A stretch of DNA of 60,647 nt, counting the filler. It is 4 parts of 4 records of this genome, joined end to end, with 100 filler letters (N's around TTAATTAATTAA, not from the genome) between each part and the next. Parts side by side here need not be neighbours in the genome. Positions count along the whole stretch, not along the records: positions 1 to 26,067 come from SRR22947725_4537; positions 26,168 to 41,780 come from SRR22947725_4539; 2 more parts are not named here. The stretch is one strand, 5' to 3'. Under the pieces are notes generated by a model that saw only the letters and a list, made by a program, of their open reading frames with translations, was not told the origin of the DNA and did not search any database. Made by a program: the position numbers and the translations under genes. This document shows, in pieces, positions 20,850 to 29,721 of this stretch. How positions within the stretch are numbered: position 1 is the stretch's first letter; each line of letters begins with the position of its first letter.

Positions 20850-21545
20850 TCAAGCTCCTTCAACAATAAGTACAAACTCTCCTTTTGGAGGGTGTTCAGT
20901 AAAATGTTCTTCAAGCGAGGCTAGTGATCCGCGCACCGTTTCCTCAAACTTTTTGGTAATTTCTCTCGAAGCACTTGCTTTTCGATCTTTTCCGAGCACA
21001 TCCCCTAGCTGTGTTAGTGTTTTTACTATTCGGTGAGGGGATTCATAAAAAATCATTGTTCTATTTTCCTCGGTCAATGCATTTAGGCGTGTTTGTCTTC
21101 CTTTTTTTTGTGGAAGAAATCCCTCAAAAACAAAACGCTCTGAAGGCAACCCACTAAGAGTTAAGGCTGGGATTAATGCTGTGGCACCAGGAAGCGCATA
21201 AACAGGAATTAGCTGCTCTACACAACTACGAACCAATAAAAATCCAGGATCGGAAATTCCAGGACTTCCTGCATCAGAAATCAAAGCTATTTTTTTTCCT
21301 TGGGTAAGTTCGTCAGCAATTTTAGTCACCGCTTTATGCTCGTTGTGCATATGATACGAACGCATGGGTGCACTAATATCGTAATGCTTTAGGAGTTTTC
21401 CAGATGTACGGGTATCTTCTGCTAAAATTAAATCGGCAGTACGAAGCACGTCTAAGGCTCTAAGCGTAATGTCTGCTAGATTTCCAATAGGAGTAGGCAC
21501 AAGCCACAGCCCCCAATCGTCTATATGTTCTTTTTGGTTTTCCAA
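20850..21545 (-). CDS. rsmI: 16S rRNA C1402 2'-O-methyltransferase
   Basis: VPTPIGNLADIT.RAL, AEDTR, SDAGSPGISDPG, FEGFLP, FYESPHR, REITKKFEE, KGEFV. The TTG start is uncertain. Confidence 0.95.
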   Translation of the reverse strand: MENQKEHIDDWGLWLVPTPIGNLADITLRALDVLRTADLILAEDTRTSGKLLKHYDISAPMRSYHMHNEHKAVTKIADELTQGKKIALISDAGSPGISDPGFLLVRSCVEQLIPVYALPGATALIPALTLSGLPSERFVFEGFLPQKKGRQTRLNALTEENRTMIFYESPHRIVKTLTQLGDVLGKDRKASASREITKKFEETVRGSLASLEEHFTEHPPKGEFVLIVEGA

Positions 21546-21564
21546 GGGTTTAGTGATAATTCAT

Positions 21565-22011
21565 CTAGGCCTTGTATAGGCTAGTTATATATTCAATAAA
21601 TTCGTTAAGCTCTTTTTCTTTCGTACTCCAATCGTAGTCAGGTTGTACTTGTTTTTTGATAAAGAGCTGTGCTTCTTCTGGATTTTCTTTTGATTTTAGC
21701 ATAGACATAATACGCTGATAGTCCGTGTTACTTCCCTCAAAAAGGTTGTCTATAAAGGTGTCTTCAATAGACTCAAATTCCGCTTCTACTACGGGCTCTT
21801 GTAGCGCTTGTTCCAACGCTGTAGGCATTGAGACGGTTTCATCCTCAGCAGCACTCAGACTCGCTTCCTTAGGAGCAGATAGCGCAATAATTTCTAGTGC
21901 CATTTGATGGATTTCTTCGTTGCTTATTCGATTTCGTTTACGTAAAATCTCGTGCGCTAAACTCATCAAAGCTGCTTCAGTGGTTTTTTGAATAACTTTT
22001 TCTTCCATCAT
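21565..22011 (-). CDS. Hypothetical protein (acidic, Flavobacteria-type)
   Basis: ORF fills the rsmI-tdk interval; patterns LMSLAHEIL and FIDNLFEGS..DYQRIMSML; no function recognised. Confidence 0.7.
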   Translation of the reverse strand: MMEEKVIQKTTEAALMSLAHEILRKRNRISNEEIHQMALEIIALSAPKEASLSAAEDETVSMPTALEQALQEPVVEAEFESIEDTFIDNLFEGSNTDYQRIMSMLKSKENPEEAQLFIKKQVQPDYDWSTKEKELNEFIEYITSLYKA

Positions 22012-22033
22012 AATTTTTGCTGCCTAAATTTAA

Positions 22034-22041
22034 TACTTTTG
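22034..22041 (+). promoter_or_regulatory. Bacteroidota -7 promoter element (TACTTTTG) upstream of tdk
   Basis: Exact TAnnTTTG in the divergent intergenic region. Confidence 0.5.
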
Positions 22042-22086
22042 AATGGTTCGCGCACAGAAAAGCGTGACAAGTACAAAACAATAATA

Positions 22087-22728
22087 ATGTTTCTTGAAAA
22101 CACACCACATCAAAAGGAATCGTTTGGCTGGATTGAAGTCATTACAGGATCTATGTTTTCGGGTAAAACGGAAGAGCTTATACGCCGTTTAAAACGAGCA
22201 ACTTTTGCGAAGCAAAACGTGGCTATATTCAAACCCGAGATAGACAGTCGATATGATCAAGACAAGGTAGTATCACATGATGCTAATGAAATTATTTCAA
22301 CAGCAGTCCCTGCAGCTACAAACATTCGCCTTTTGGCAGATGATTGTGATGTTGTGGGCATTGATGAAGCGCAATTTTTTGACGATGAAATTGTGCGAGT
22401 TTGTAATGACTTGGCAAACCGAGGCATTCGTGTTATTGTAGCGGGACTTGATATGGACTTCAAAGGAAATCCATTTGGCCCTATGCCACAACTTATGGCA
22501 ATCGCCGAGCATGTTACAAAAGTACACGCTATTTGTACCCGGACAGGACAGCTCGCTAACCATAGCTTTAGAAAAAATGAAAATGAACGCTTGGTTATGC
22601 TAGGTGAAACAGAAGAATATGAGCCGCTTAGTCGCGCAGCATTTTACAAGGCGATGCTCCGTGAAAAGGTCCGTATAATGGATGTAATAGTCGAAGAAAT
22701 TGATCCTAAAAAAAGCAAAAAGGCCTAA
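22087..22728 (+). CDS. tdk: Thymidine kinase
   Basis: P-loop GSMFSGKTEEL, FKP.IDSRY, IDEAQFF, AGLDMDF. Start placed at ATG 22087 (MFLEN). Confidence 0.96.
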   Translation: MFLENTPHQKESFGWIEVITGSMFSGKTEELIRRLKRATFAKQNVAIFKPEIDSRYDQDKVVSHDANEIISTAVPAATNIRLLADDCDVVGIDEAQFFDDEIVRVCNDLANRGIRVIVAGLDMDFKGNPFGPMPQLMAIAEHVTKVHAICTRTGQLANHSFRKNENERLVMLGETEEYEPLSRAAFYKAMLREKVRIMDVIVEEIDPKKSKKA

Positions 22729-22733
22729 GTCTC

Positions 22734-23834
22734 ATGAGTGAAACTATACTAGAAATACACCTTCCTCATTTAAAGCATAATTATCATTTCCTGAAAAATC
22801 GCTTAAGACCAACCACAAAACTTTTGGCTGTTGTTAAAGCCTTTGGATATGGAAGCGACGCTGTTGCAGTTGCCAAATGTCTTGCTCAAGAAGGAGTTGA
22901 TTATTTTGGGGTTGCTTACGTAAACGAGGGGATACAACTTCGTAAAGCAGGAATTACTCAACCCATTTTAGTCTTGCATCCACAGGTCACCAATTTGCAA
23001 AAACTAATAGCACACGATTTGGAGCCGAGTGTATATAGTCAAAGATTATTCGAGGCTTTGTTAGCAGAATTAAAACAAGCTGGGAAAAAGAATTACCCCG
23101 TTCACTTAAAGTTTAATACAGGCTTAAATAGGTTAGGATTAAATCCAGATGATTGTTCAACTATTTTAACCAAATTGGAACACAACAAAGAACACATACG
23201 TTTACAAGGAGTTTTTTCGCATTTGGCGGCATCAGACGATTTGACGGAAGATCCTTTTACTATCTCACAGCTAAATGCCTTTAAGCAAGTAGTTGATTTG
23301 GTAAAACCATTACACCCCGATGCTATTGTTCATACGCTCAACACATCGGGAGTAATGCATTATCCACAAGCGCAGTACGACATGGTCCGTACCGGGATAA
23401 GCTTGTATGGTTATGGAAATACACCAGAAGTAGATATTCAGTTAAGACCTGTACTGAAACTTAAAACAATCATTTCCCAAATACACCAACTTGAAGCTGG
23501 GGATTCGCTAGGCTATAATCGTGCGTTTGTTGCAACACAACCTACACAAACAGCTACGTTACCGCTGGGACATGCAGATGGAATTGGCCGTATTTACGGA
23601 AACGGTAATGGCTTTGTATTCATTCATGGAAAGAAAGCACCTATCCTCGGCAATGTGTGTATGGATATGATTATGGTAGATGTTACTAACATCGATTGTG
23701 AAGAAGGAGATGAAGTGCTTGTCATTGGTCCACATGGTACAGCTGAGGACTTGGCAAACAGTGCAGGAACCATTTCATACGAACTTATTACAGGGCTTTC
23801 GCAACGGATTCAACGTCGTATAATTGCCAATTAG
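22734..23834 (+). CDS. alr: Alanine racemase
   Basis: AVVKAFGYG with the PLP lysine, HLKFNTGLNRLG, SHLA, VCMDM, GTISYEL. Confidence 0.95.
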   Translation: MSETILEIHLPHLKHNYHFLKNRLRPTTKLLAVVKAFGYGSDAVAVAKCLAQEGVDYFGVAYVNEGIQLRKAGITQPILVLHPQVTNLQKLIAHDLEPSVYSQRLFEALLAELKQAGKKNYPVHLKFNTGLNRLGLNPDDCSTILTKLEHNKEHIRLQGVFSHLAASDDLTEDPFTISQLNAFKQVVDLVKPLHPDAIVHTLNTSGVMHYPQAQYDMVRTGISLYGYGNTPEVDIQLRPVLKLKTIISQIHQLEAGDSLGYNRAFVATQPTQTATLPLGHADGIGRIYGNGNGFVFIHGKKAPILGNVCMDMIMVDVTNIDCEEGDEVLVIGPHGTAEDLANSAGTISYELITGLSQRIQRRIIAN

Positions 23835-23905
23835 TTACAAATAAAACATTTTGTTAATTTTTTGATAAAGCCTTTATTCTATGTCGGTTTAAATGACTTA
23901 TGCCG

Positions 23906-23913
23906 TACATTCG
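23906..23913 (+). promoter_or_regulatory. Bacteroidota -7 promoter element variant (TACATTCG) upstream of asd
   Basis: Same TAnnTTCG-CA variant as before ileS, 16 nt upstream of the ATG. Confidence 0.45.
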
Positions 23914-23929
23914 CAGCAAAATTTAAATT

Positions 23930-24916
23930 ATGCGCGTAGCTGTAGTTGGTGCCACTGGAATGGTTGGTGAAGTAATGTTACAAGTTTTGGCCGAGCGCCA
24001 GTTTCCTATTAGTGAGTTAATTCCTGTAGCGTCAGCACGCTCAGTAGGAAAAAAATTAGACTACAATGGTAAAACGTATACAGTTGTTGGTTTAGAAGAT
24101 GCCGTTAGTATGAAGCCTGACGTAGCGTTGTTTTCCGCTGGCGGTGACACGTCTTTGGCATGGGCTCCTAAGTTTGCGGAAGTAGGATGTACGGTTATTG
24201 ACAATTCTTCGGCTTGGCGTATGCACCCAGATCATAAACTGATTGTCCCTGAAATTAACGCAAGTGAGCTCACTAGCGCAGACAAAATTATTGCAAACCC
24301 AAATTGCTCTACCATTCAAATGGTAATGGCACTGGCACCAATTCACAAAGCTTTTGGAATTGAGCGGGTTGTTGTTTCTACCTATCAATCTATCACAGGA
24401 ACGGGTGTTAAAGCGGTCCAACAACTTGAAAATGAATACAAAGGCATTGAAGGGGATAAGGCTTATCCGCATGCGATTCATCGAAATGCGTTGCCCCATT
24501 GTGATGTTTTTCTAGATAACGATTACACCAAAGAAGAAATGAAACTGGTTAACGAAACACATAAAATATTAGATCCTAATATCCGTGTTACCGCCACAGC
24601 CGTTCGAATTCCTGTAGTAGGTGGACACAGTGAGGCGATTAACCTTACGCTTACCAAACCTGTAAATGTTGATGAAGTACGTAGCTTACTATCTGCAACG
24701 CCAGGAGTAGTAGTACAAGATAACTTAGAAGCCAACGACTATCCGATGCCTCTAGCTGCTCACGGAAAGGATGAGGTTTTTGTAGGCCGTATTCGAAAAG
24801 ATAATTCTCAAGAAAATGGACTCAATCTATGGATTGTAGCAGATAACCTTCGCAAAGGTGCTGCCACAAATACTGTTCAAATTGCAGAATACTTAGCTGC
24901 TGAAAACTTGATATAA
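23930..24916 (+). CDS. asd: Aspartate-semialdehyde dehydrogenase
   Basis: VVGATGMVG, IDNSSAWR, ANPNCSTIQ with the catalytic Cys, VRIPV..GHSE, DNLRKGAATN. Confidence 0.97.
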   Translation: MRVAVVGATGMVGEVMLQVLAERQFPISELIPVASARSVGKKLDYNGKTYTVVGLEDAVSMKPDVALFSAGGDTSLAWAPKFAEVGCTVIDNSSAWRMHPDHKLIVPEINASELTSADKIIANPNCSTIQMVMALAPIHKAFGIERVVVSTYQSITGTGVKAVQQLENEYKGIEGDKAYPHAIHRNALPHCDVFLDNDYTKEEMKLVNETHKILDPNIRVTATAVRIPVVGGHSEAINLTLTKPVNVDEVRSLLSATPGVVVQDNLEANDYPMPLAAHGKDEVFVGRIRKDNSQENGLNLWIVADNLRKGAATNTVQIAEYLAAENLI

Positions 24917-24920
24917 CCTA

Positions 24921-26067
24921 CTATTGATCTTCCATTTCAAAATCCTCCATAAACTTGGTCGTGTAATCACCAGCAACATAATCGGGATGATCCATTAATT
25001 GACGGTGGAACGGAATAGTAGTTTTGATTCCTTCAATTACAAATTCATCTAGTGCACGTTTCATTTTACTGATAGCCTCTTCACGAGTTTGTGCAGTTGT
25101 AATTAACTTGGCAATCATGGAATCGTAGTGCGGAGGAATCATATACCCGCTGTAAACATGCGTATCAAGACGAACACCATGTCCACCTGGAGTATGCAGT
25201 GTTTTTATCATGCCAGGCGATGGTCGAAAGTCATTGTAAGGATCTTCTGCATTTATTCTACATTCAATAGAATGCAATTCTGGAAAGTAGTTTTTTCCTT
25301 CTATTGGAAATCCTGCGGCTACTTTAATCTGCTCAGCAATCAAGTCAAAATTGATGACTTGTTCAGTAATAGGATGCTCTACTTGGATACGCGTATTCAT
25401 TTCCATAAAGTAGAAATTACGATGCTTATCAACTAGAAACTCTACGGTACCCGCTCCTTCATATTTGATATACTCGGCAGCTTTCACAGCAGCAGCACCC
25501 ATATCCTTACGAAGCTTATCAGTCATAAAGGGACTAGGCGTTTCTTCAGTCAGTTTTTGATGTCGTCGTTGGACAGAGCAATCGCGCTCAGACAGATGGC
25601 ATGCTTTGCCAAAGGAGTCTCCAACCACTTGTATTTCGATATGGCGAGGCTCTTCAATAAGCTTTTCCATATACATGTCGTCGTTTCCAAATGCAGCTTT
25701 AGACTCTTGTCGTGCGTCTTCCCAAGCTTTTTCTAGGTCTTCCTCACTCCAAACAGCACGCATTCCTTTTCCTCCACCTCCAGCAGTAGCCTTTAGCATA
25801 ACGGGATATCCTACTTCTTTAGCAAGTTTTATACAGTCTTTAAATGAAGCAATAATTCCTTCAGACCCTGGTATAGTGGGGACGCCAGCTTCCTTCATGG
25901 TCGCTTTGGCCGTAGCCTTATCACCCATTTGTTGGATCATTTGAGCAGAAGCTCCAATAAATTTGATTTTATGCTCTTCGCATATTTTCGAAAACTTAGC
26001 GTTTTCTGACAAAAAACCATAGCCGGGATGGATGGCATCTGCATTGGTGATTTCTGCAGCAGCAATA
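24921..26067 (-). CDS. accC: Acetyl-CoA carboxylase biotin carboxylase subunit, 5'-truncated at the contig end
   Basis: The frame continues to the linker ([22 protein letters not shown]); [49 protein letters not shown]. Confidence 0.96.
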
Positions 26068-26167
26068 NNNNNNNNNNNNNNNNNNNNNNNNNNNNNNNNN
26101 NNNNNNNNNNNTTAATTAATTAANNNNNNNNNNNNNNNNNNNNNNNNNNNNNNNNNNNNNNNNNNNN
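26068..26167. other. Artificial contig linker
   Basis: 44 N + TTAATTAATTAA (stops in all six frames) + 44 N. Confidence 0.98.
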
Positions 26168-26288
26168 AGCAGATATTAAAAATGAAAGACGTCTATACTT
26201 TATCTCTTATGCCTGGTTACATATTTTAGGGTTTGTCTGTGAAAACCACACAGACGGCGAATTTTGCAAAATAGGTATATTTTGGATC

Positions 26289-27143
26289 TTATATTAGAAC
26301 TTTGCCCACTTCTATATGTCCCATTCGAAAACTGTTTGGTGACACGCCTGTTTTGGATTTGAAAAACCGGGTAAAATGTCCTTGCGCGGAAAAGCCAAGC
26401 AACTCAGAGATTTCTACGATCGGTAGCTCTGGATTGCTGAGCAGATTGGCTGCCCGCTCGCAGCATAATGTGTCAATGTATGTTCTTGGGCTAAGTCCAG
26501 TACACATTCGAAATCGATAATAGAATTGCGAGCGGGACAGTCCGACGTCTTTGGCAACCTTGTTAAGGTCTATTTCTTTTGTAGGCCCTTCTCGGAAGAA
26601 TCGTATTGCTTTGCGGACACGTGGATCGTTGGCGAACGTACGCTGTGAATTTACGTCTGAAATCGCATCTGTTTTCGAACACTGAAGAACTGAAAAGAAC
26701 AAATCGCGCAACAATGAGTCAAAGTGATCATCTTCTGTATGAAAATCGGCCATTTGACCCGCCAAATTTTGCGCCTGGTAATGAAGTTTGGAACTGACAG
26801 TGGCTGTTGCTTGATGAAAGGGCAACTTGTGAAAGCCCGTGAGTATATGATTGCCTTGTTCCCCAAACCACAGCATATCTATATAGAGCGCTAGCAAGAT
26901 TGTTGGCTCAATTCCAGTTCCAATTTCTCTTTCATTAGAGTGCACGACCCAGGGATTGACCACAATCATCTGAGAATCTGTCAGTTGATCGATTTTTCCA
27001 TCAACTCGAAAACTCAAATCAGGTCCGGATATTTTGATCAAGGCATGCACTTGAGAATGAGCATGTTCTAAAACTGGTTCAGTTGCTGACAAAAGAGCAA
27101 CACGCCCAAATGCACCTACAGCGATTCCTAATGCTTCAGCCAA
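26289..27143 (-). CDS. AraC/XylS-family transcriptional regulator
   Basis: C-terminal double HTH VAKDVGLSRSQFYYRF...IVEISELLGFSAQGHFTRFFKSKTGVSP; N-terminal cupin-like HAH. Likely start is TTG 27143, preceded by GGAGG. Divergent from gabD. Confidence 0.92.
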   Translation of the reverse strand: MAEALGIAVGAFGRVALLSATEPVLEHAHSQVHALIKISGPDLSFRVDGKIDQLTDSQMIVVNPWVVHSNEREIGTGIEPTILLALYIDMLWFGEQGNHILTGFHKLPFHQATATVSSKLHYQAQNLAGQMADFHTEDDHFDSLLRDLFFSVLQCSKTDAISDVNSQRTFANDPRVRKAIRFFREGPTKEIDLNKVAKDVGLSRSQFYYRFRMCTGLSPRTYIDTLCCERAANLLSNPELPIVEISELLGFSAQGHFTRFFKSKTGVSPNSFRMGHIEVGKVLI

Positions 27144-27287
27144 TTCGCCTCCAAAAGTTGCGACAAGAAATAATCGGACAAAAAGGTAAATAGCACTTGG
27201 GGAAGGCAAAGACAACCTCAAGCATAATAGTTAAAGTGAAGTTAACAAAAGCGTGATGCTGAACGAAAAAAGTTTAAGGAAATAATT

Positions 27288-28757
27288 GTGGTAAAATTGC
27301 CAAATTTTTTAAAAACAGACTGCTATATTGGAGGCAAATGGGTTGCTGCATCCTCAGGGAGGCGCATGGATGTGACTGATCCTGCCTCGGGTGCACTTTT
27401 GGCATCAGTTCCTCGAATGGGTGTGGCTGAAACCGATAATGCAATCGCCGCAGCGCAGATAGCGTTTCCCGAGTGGAGCCGCCGCACGGCTGCTGAGCGC
27501 GCGTTGGTTCTTCAGAAATGGGCAGTATTGATACGCTCGCACGCTGAAGATTTGGCCCAACTTATGACGCAAGAGCAGGGCAAGCCGTTTGCGGAGTCTC
27601 TTGGAGAAATTGAGTATGCCGCAAGCTTCTTGAGCTGGTTTGCTGAAGAAGGTCGTCGGCTATATGGTGATATTATCCCTGCTCACCGTAATGACGCTCG
27701 CATACTTGTTACCCGAAACCCGCTCGGTGTCGTTGGTGGAATTACCCCCTGGAATTTTCCTGTCGCTATGGTCACACGAAAAACAGCACCTGCCTTAGCC
27801 GCTGGTAATTGTATGGTTCTGAAACCAGCCGAAGCAACGCCGCTCTCTGCCCTTGCTGTTGCGGCATTGGGCGATATGGCGGGACTGCCTGCTGGTGTCT
27901 TTAATGTGGTTACCGGGGATCGCGAAGACGCTCCGGTAATTGGAAAGACATTAGTTGATAGCCCGTTGGTGCGCAAGATTGGGTTCACTGGTTCCACTGT
28001 TGTTGGCAAGCAACTCATGCGTGAGTGTGCCACCAATATGACAAAAATTAGTCTGGAGCTTGGCGGAAACGCTGCCTTTATAGTATTTGAAGATGCAGAT
28101 ATTGAAGCTGCACTAGACGGCATTCAAATCTGCAAATTTCGGAACTCGGGTCAAACCTGTATTGCTGCAAATCGTATTCTCGTGCAGGAAAGCATTCACG
28201 TCAAGTTTGTTGCTGCCCTAAGTGAGCGTGCCAATCAAATACAAGTCGGTCACGGGCTTGAGAAAGCAACAAATATGGGACCTTTGATTGATGACCGAGG
28301 CATAAAAAAAATTGAACGCCTTATCGCTGATGCAGTCAGTAAAGGGGCAAAAATTCATGTTGGTGGTAATCGACATAAAGCTGGTGGCACGTATTTCCAA
28401 CCCACCGTGATGACGAATGTTTCGACTAACATGGATCTTGCGCATGAGGAGTTGTTTGGCCCCGTCGCAGCGATTTCAACGTTCCGTGATGAAAATGATG
28501 CCATTTCGATGGCGAACGACACTCCCTATGGTCTCGCGGGTTATTTCTACAGTCGAGATGTAGGTCGGATATTTCGAGTTGCTGATGCGCTTGAGGTTGG
28601 CATCGTCGGCGTAAACACCGGTCTAATTTCAACCGAAGTCGCGCCTTTTGGTGGAGTCAAAGAATCTGGAATTGGCCGCGAGGGCTCAAAATACGGCATC
28701 GAAGACTGGACTGAACTCAAATACATCTGCCTAGCAGGACTGGAGACAACCGCATGA
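27288..28757 (+). CDS. gabD: NAD(P)-dependent succinate-semialdehyde dehydrogenase (GabD family)
   Basis: ITPWNFP, GFTGST, LELGGNA, KFRNSGQTC with the catalytic Cys, EELFGP, APFGGVKESGIGREGSKYG; RBS AAGGA before the GTG. Confidence 0.88.
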   Translation: MVKLPNFLKTDCYIGGKWVAASSGRRMDVTDPASGALLASVPRMGVAETDNAIAAAQIAFPEWSRRTAAERALVLQKWAVLIRSHAEDLAQLMTQEQGKPFAESLGEIEYAASFLSWFAEEGRRLYGDIIPAHRNDARILVTRNPLGVVGGITPWNFPVAMVTRKTAPALAAGNCMVLKPAEATPLSALAVAALGDMAGLPAGVFNVVTGDREDAPVIGKTLVDSPLVRKIGFTGSTVVGKQLMRECATNMTKISLELGGNAAFIVFEDADIEAALDGIQICKFRNSGQTCIAANRILVQESIHVKFVAALSERANQIQVGHGLEKATNMGPLIDDRGIKKIERLIADAVSKGAKIHVGGNRHKAGGTYFQPTVMTNVSTNMDLAHEELFGPVAAISTFRDENDAISMANDTPYGLAGYFYSRDVGRIFRVADALEVGIVGVNTGLISTEVAPFGGVKESGIGREGSKYGIEDWTELKYICLAGLETTA

Positions 28758-29071
28758 TTGTTGAAGAACGCATTTATACCCTGCAAATCGGCAAGGTACC
28801 TGAATATCTTAAGCTTTACGCAGCAGAGGGTTTTGCCGTGCAAACACGCATTTTGGGCAATCTTCTTGGGTATTATCAAGTTGAGTTTGGGCCACAGAAC
28901 CAGATTGTGCACCTTTGGTCCTATTCTGATCTTGTTGATCGTACGGTTCGACGCAAGGAGCTTATTGGTGATCCTGACTGGCAGGCATACGTTAAGAAAA
29001 TCCGCCCGCTTGTTCGATATCAGGAAAATAAATTGCTAATCCCTGCGCCGTTTATGCAGCCAAAATTATAG
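28754..29071 (+). CDS. NIPSNAP-family protein
   Basis: MIVEERIYTL..GK, HLWSY.DL.DR..RR..L..DPDW and L.PAPF patterns; ATGA overlap with gabD. Confidence 0.85.
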   Translation: MIVEERIYTLQIGKVPEYLKLYAAEGFAVQTRILGNLLGYYQVEFGPQNQIVHLWSYSDLVDRTVRRKELIGDPDWQAYVKKIRPLVRYQENKLLIPAPFMQPKL

Positions 29072-29091
29072 AGTTTGAAAGAGAGTTATTC

Positions 29092-29721
29092 ATGGAACTT
29101 CATTTATACGAAGACGTTATAGCAGCGGGACAACAGGTTGAGCTTTCAGATACCATTGCGCGCGCAATTTATGTGACTGCTGGAAAAATTTCTATCGATG
29201 GAGAGGGCATTGCATGCGACGGTGGGTTTGTTGCGGATGGGCCAGTTACGCTTCTTGCAGGGTCTGAGGGTGCATCACTGTGGCGTTGGGATTTGTCAAA
29301 TGCAGATGAACAGGCGTCCACACACAGGGTCTCCAAGAAATTGTCAGGGCCAGTAACCACAGCGATGGCGCATTCTGACAGCTTTCTTCGACTTGATAGT
29401 GTGGCGTTCCCGCCCGCAGGGACGGCGATGCTACATACGCATCAGGGCCCAGGCATTCGTTGTCTTCGTGAAGGATTGGTTCGGATTGATACAGAAGGTA
29501 CGTCAACCCCTTATGGCCCTGGTGGCTCGTGGTTTGAAAGTGGGCCTGAGCCGGTCTTCCTGCAAGCCGTGGAAGATATTCCAAGTCGTTTTATTCGTGC
29601 AATGGTCTTGCCAAAGGCACTATTAGGAAAATCATCCATTCACTATGTAAACGAGGAAGATCGTGGGAAACCCAAATCGCAATCCTATAGGAACTTTGGT
29701 GAGATTAGCTTGGCGTTATGA
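29092..29721 (+). CDS. Hypothetical protein with probable cupin fold
   Basis: D.V.FPP...LHTHQGPGIRC...G.SWFE pattern resembles a cupin metal site (HxH...E); translationally coupled to the next gene. Confidence 0.6.
   Translation: MELHLYEDVIAAGQQVELSDTIARAIYVTAGKISIDGEGIACDGGFVADGPVTLLAGSEGASLWRWDLSNADEQASTHRVSKKLSGPVTTAMAHSDSFLRLDSVAFPPAGTAMLHTHQGPGIRCLREGLVRIDTEGTSTPYGPGGSWFESGPEPVFLQAVEDIPSRFIRAMVLPKALLGKSSIHYVNEEDRGKPKSQSYRNFGEISLAL

Noticed and set aside
20849-20914. N-terminal extensions in the ORF track for recJ (likewise tdk, AraC, dctM, GntR, kdgK and DUF4920)
   Set aside because: They overlap neighbouring genes or promoters; downstream starts fit family N-termini and RBS positions better.
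26112-26123. TTAATTAATTAA palindrome repeated three times in the window
   Set aside because: It is embedded in N runs of fixed length; a synthetic six-frame-stop spacer, not a biological repeat or att site.
26235-26255. Hairpin GTCTGTG...CACAGAC downstream of the AraC gene
   Set aside because: Only a 7-bp stem with no U-tract on the relevant strand; too weak to call a terminator.
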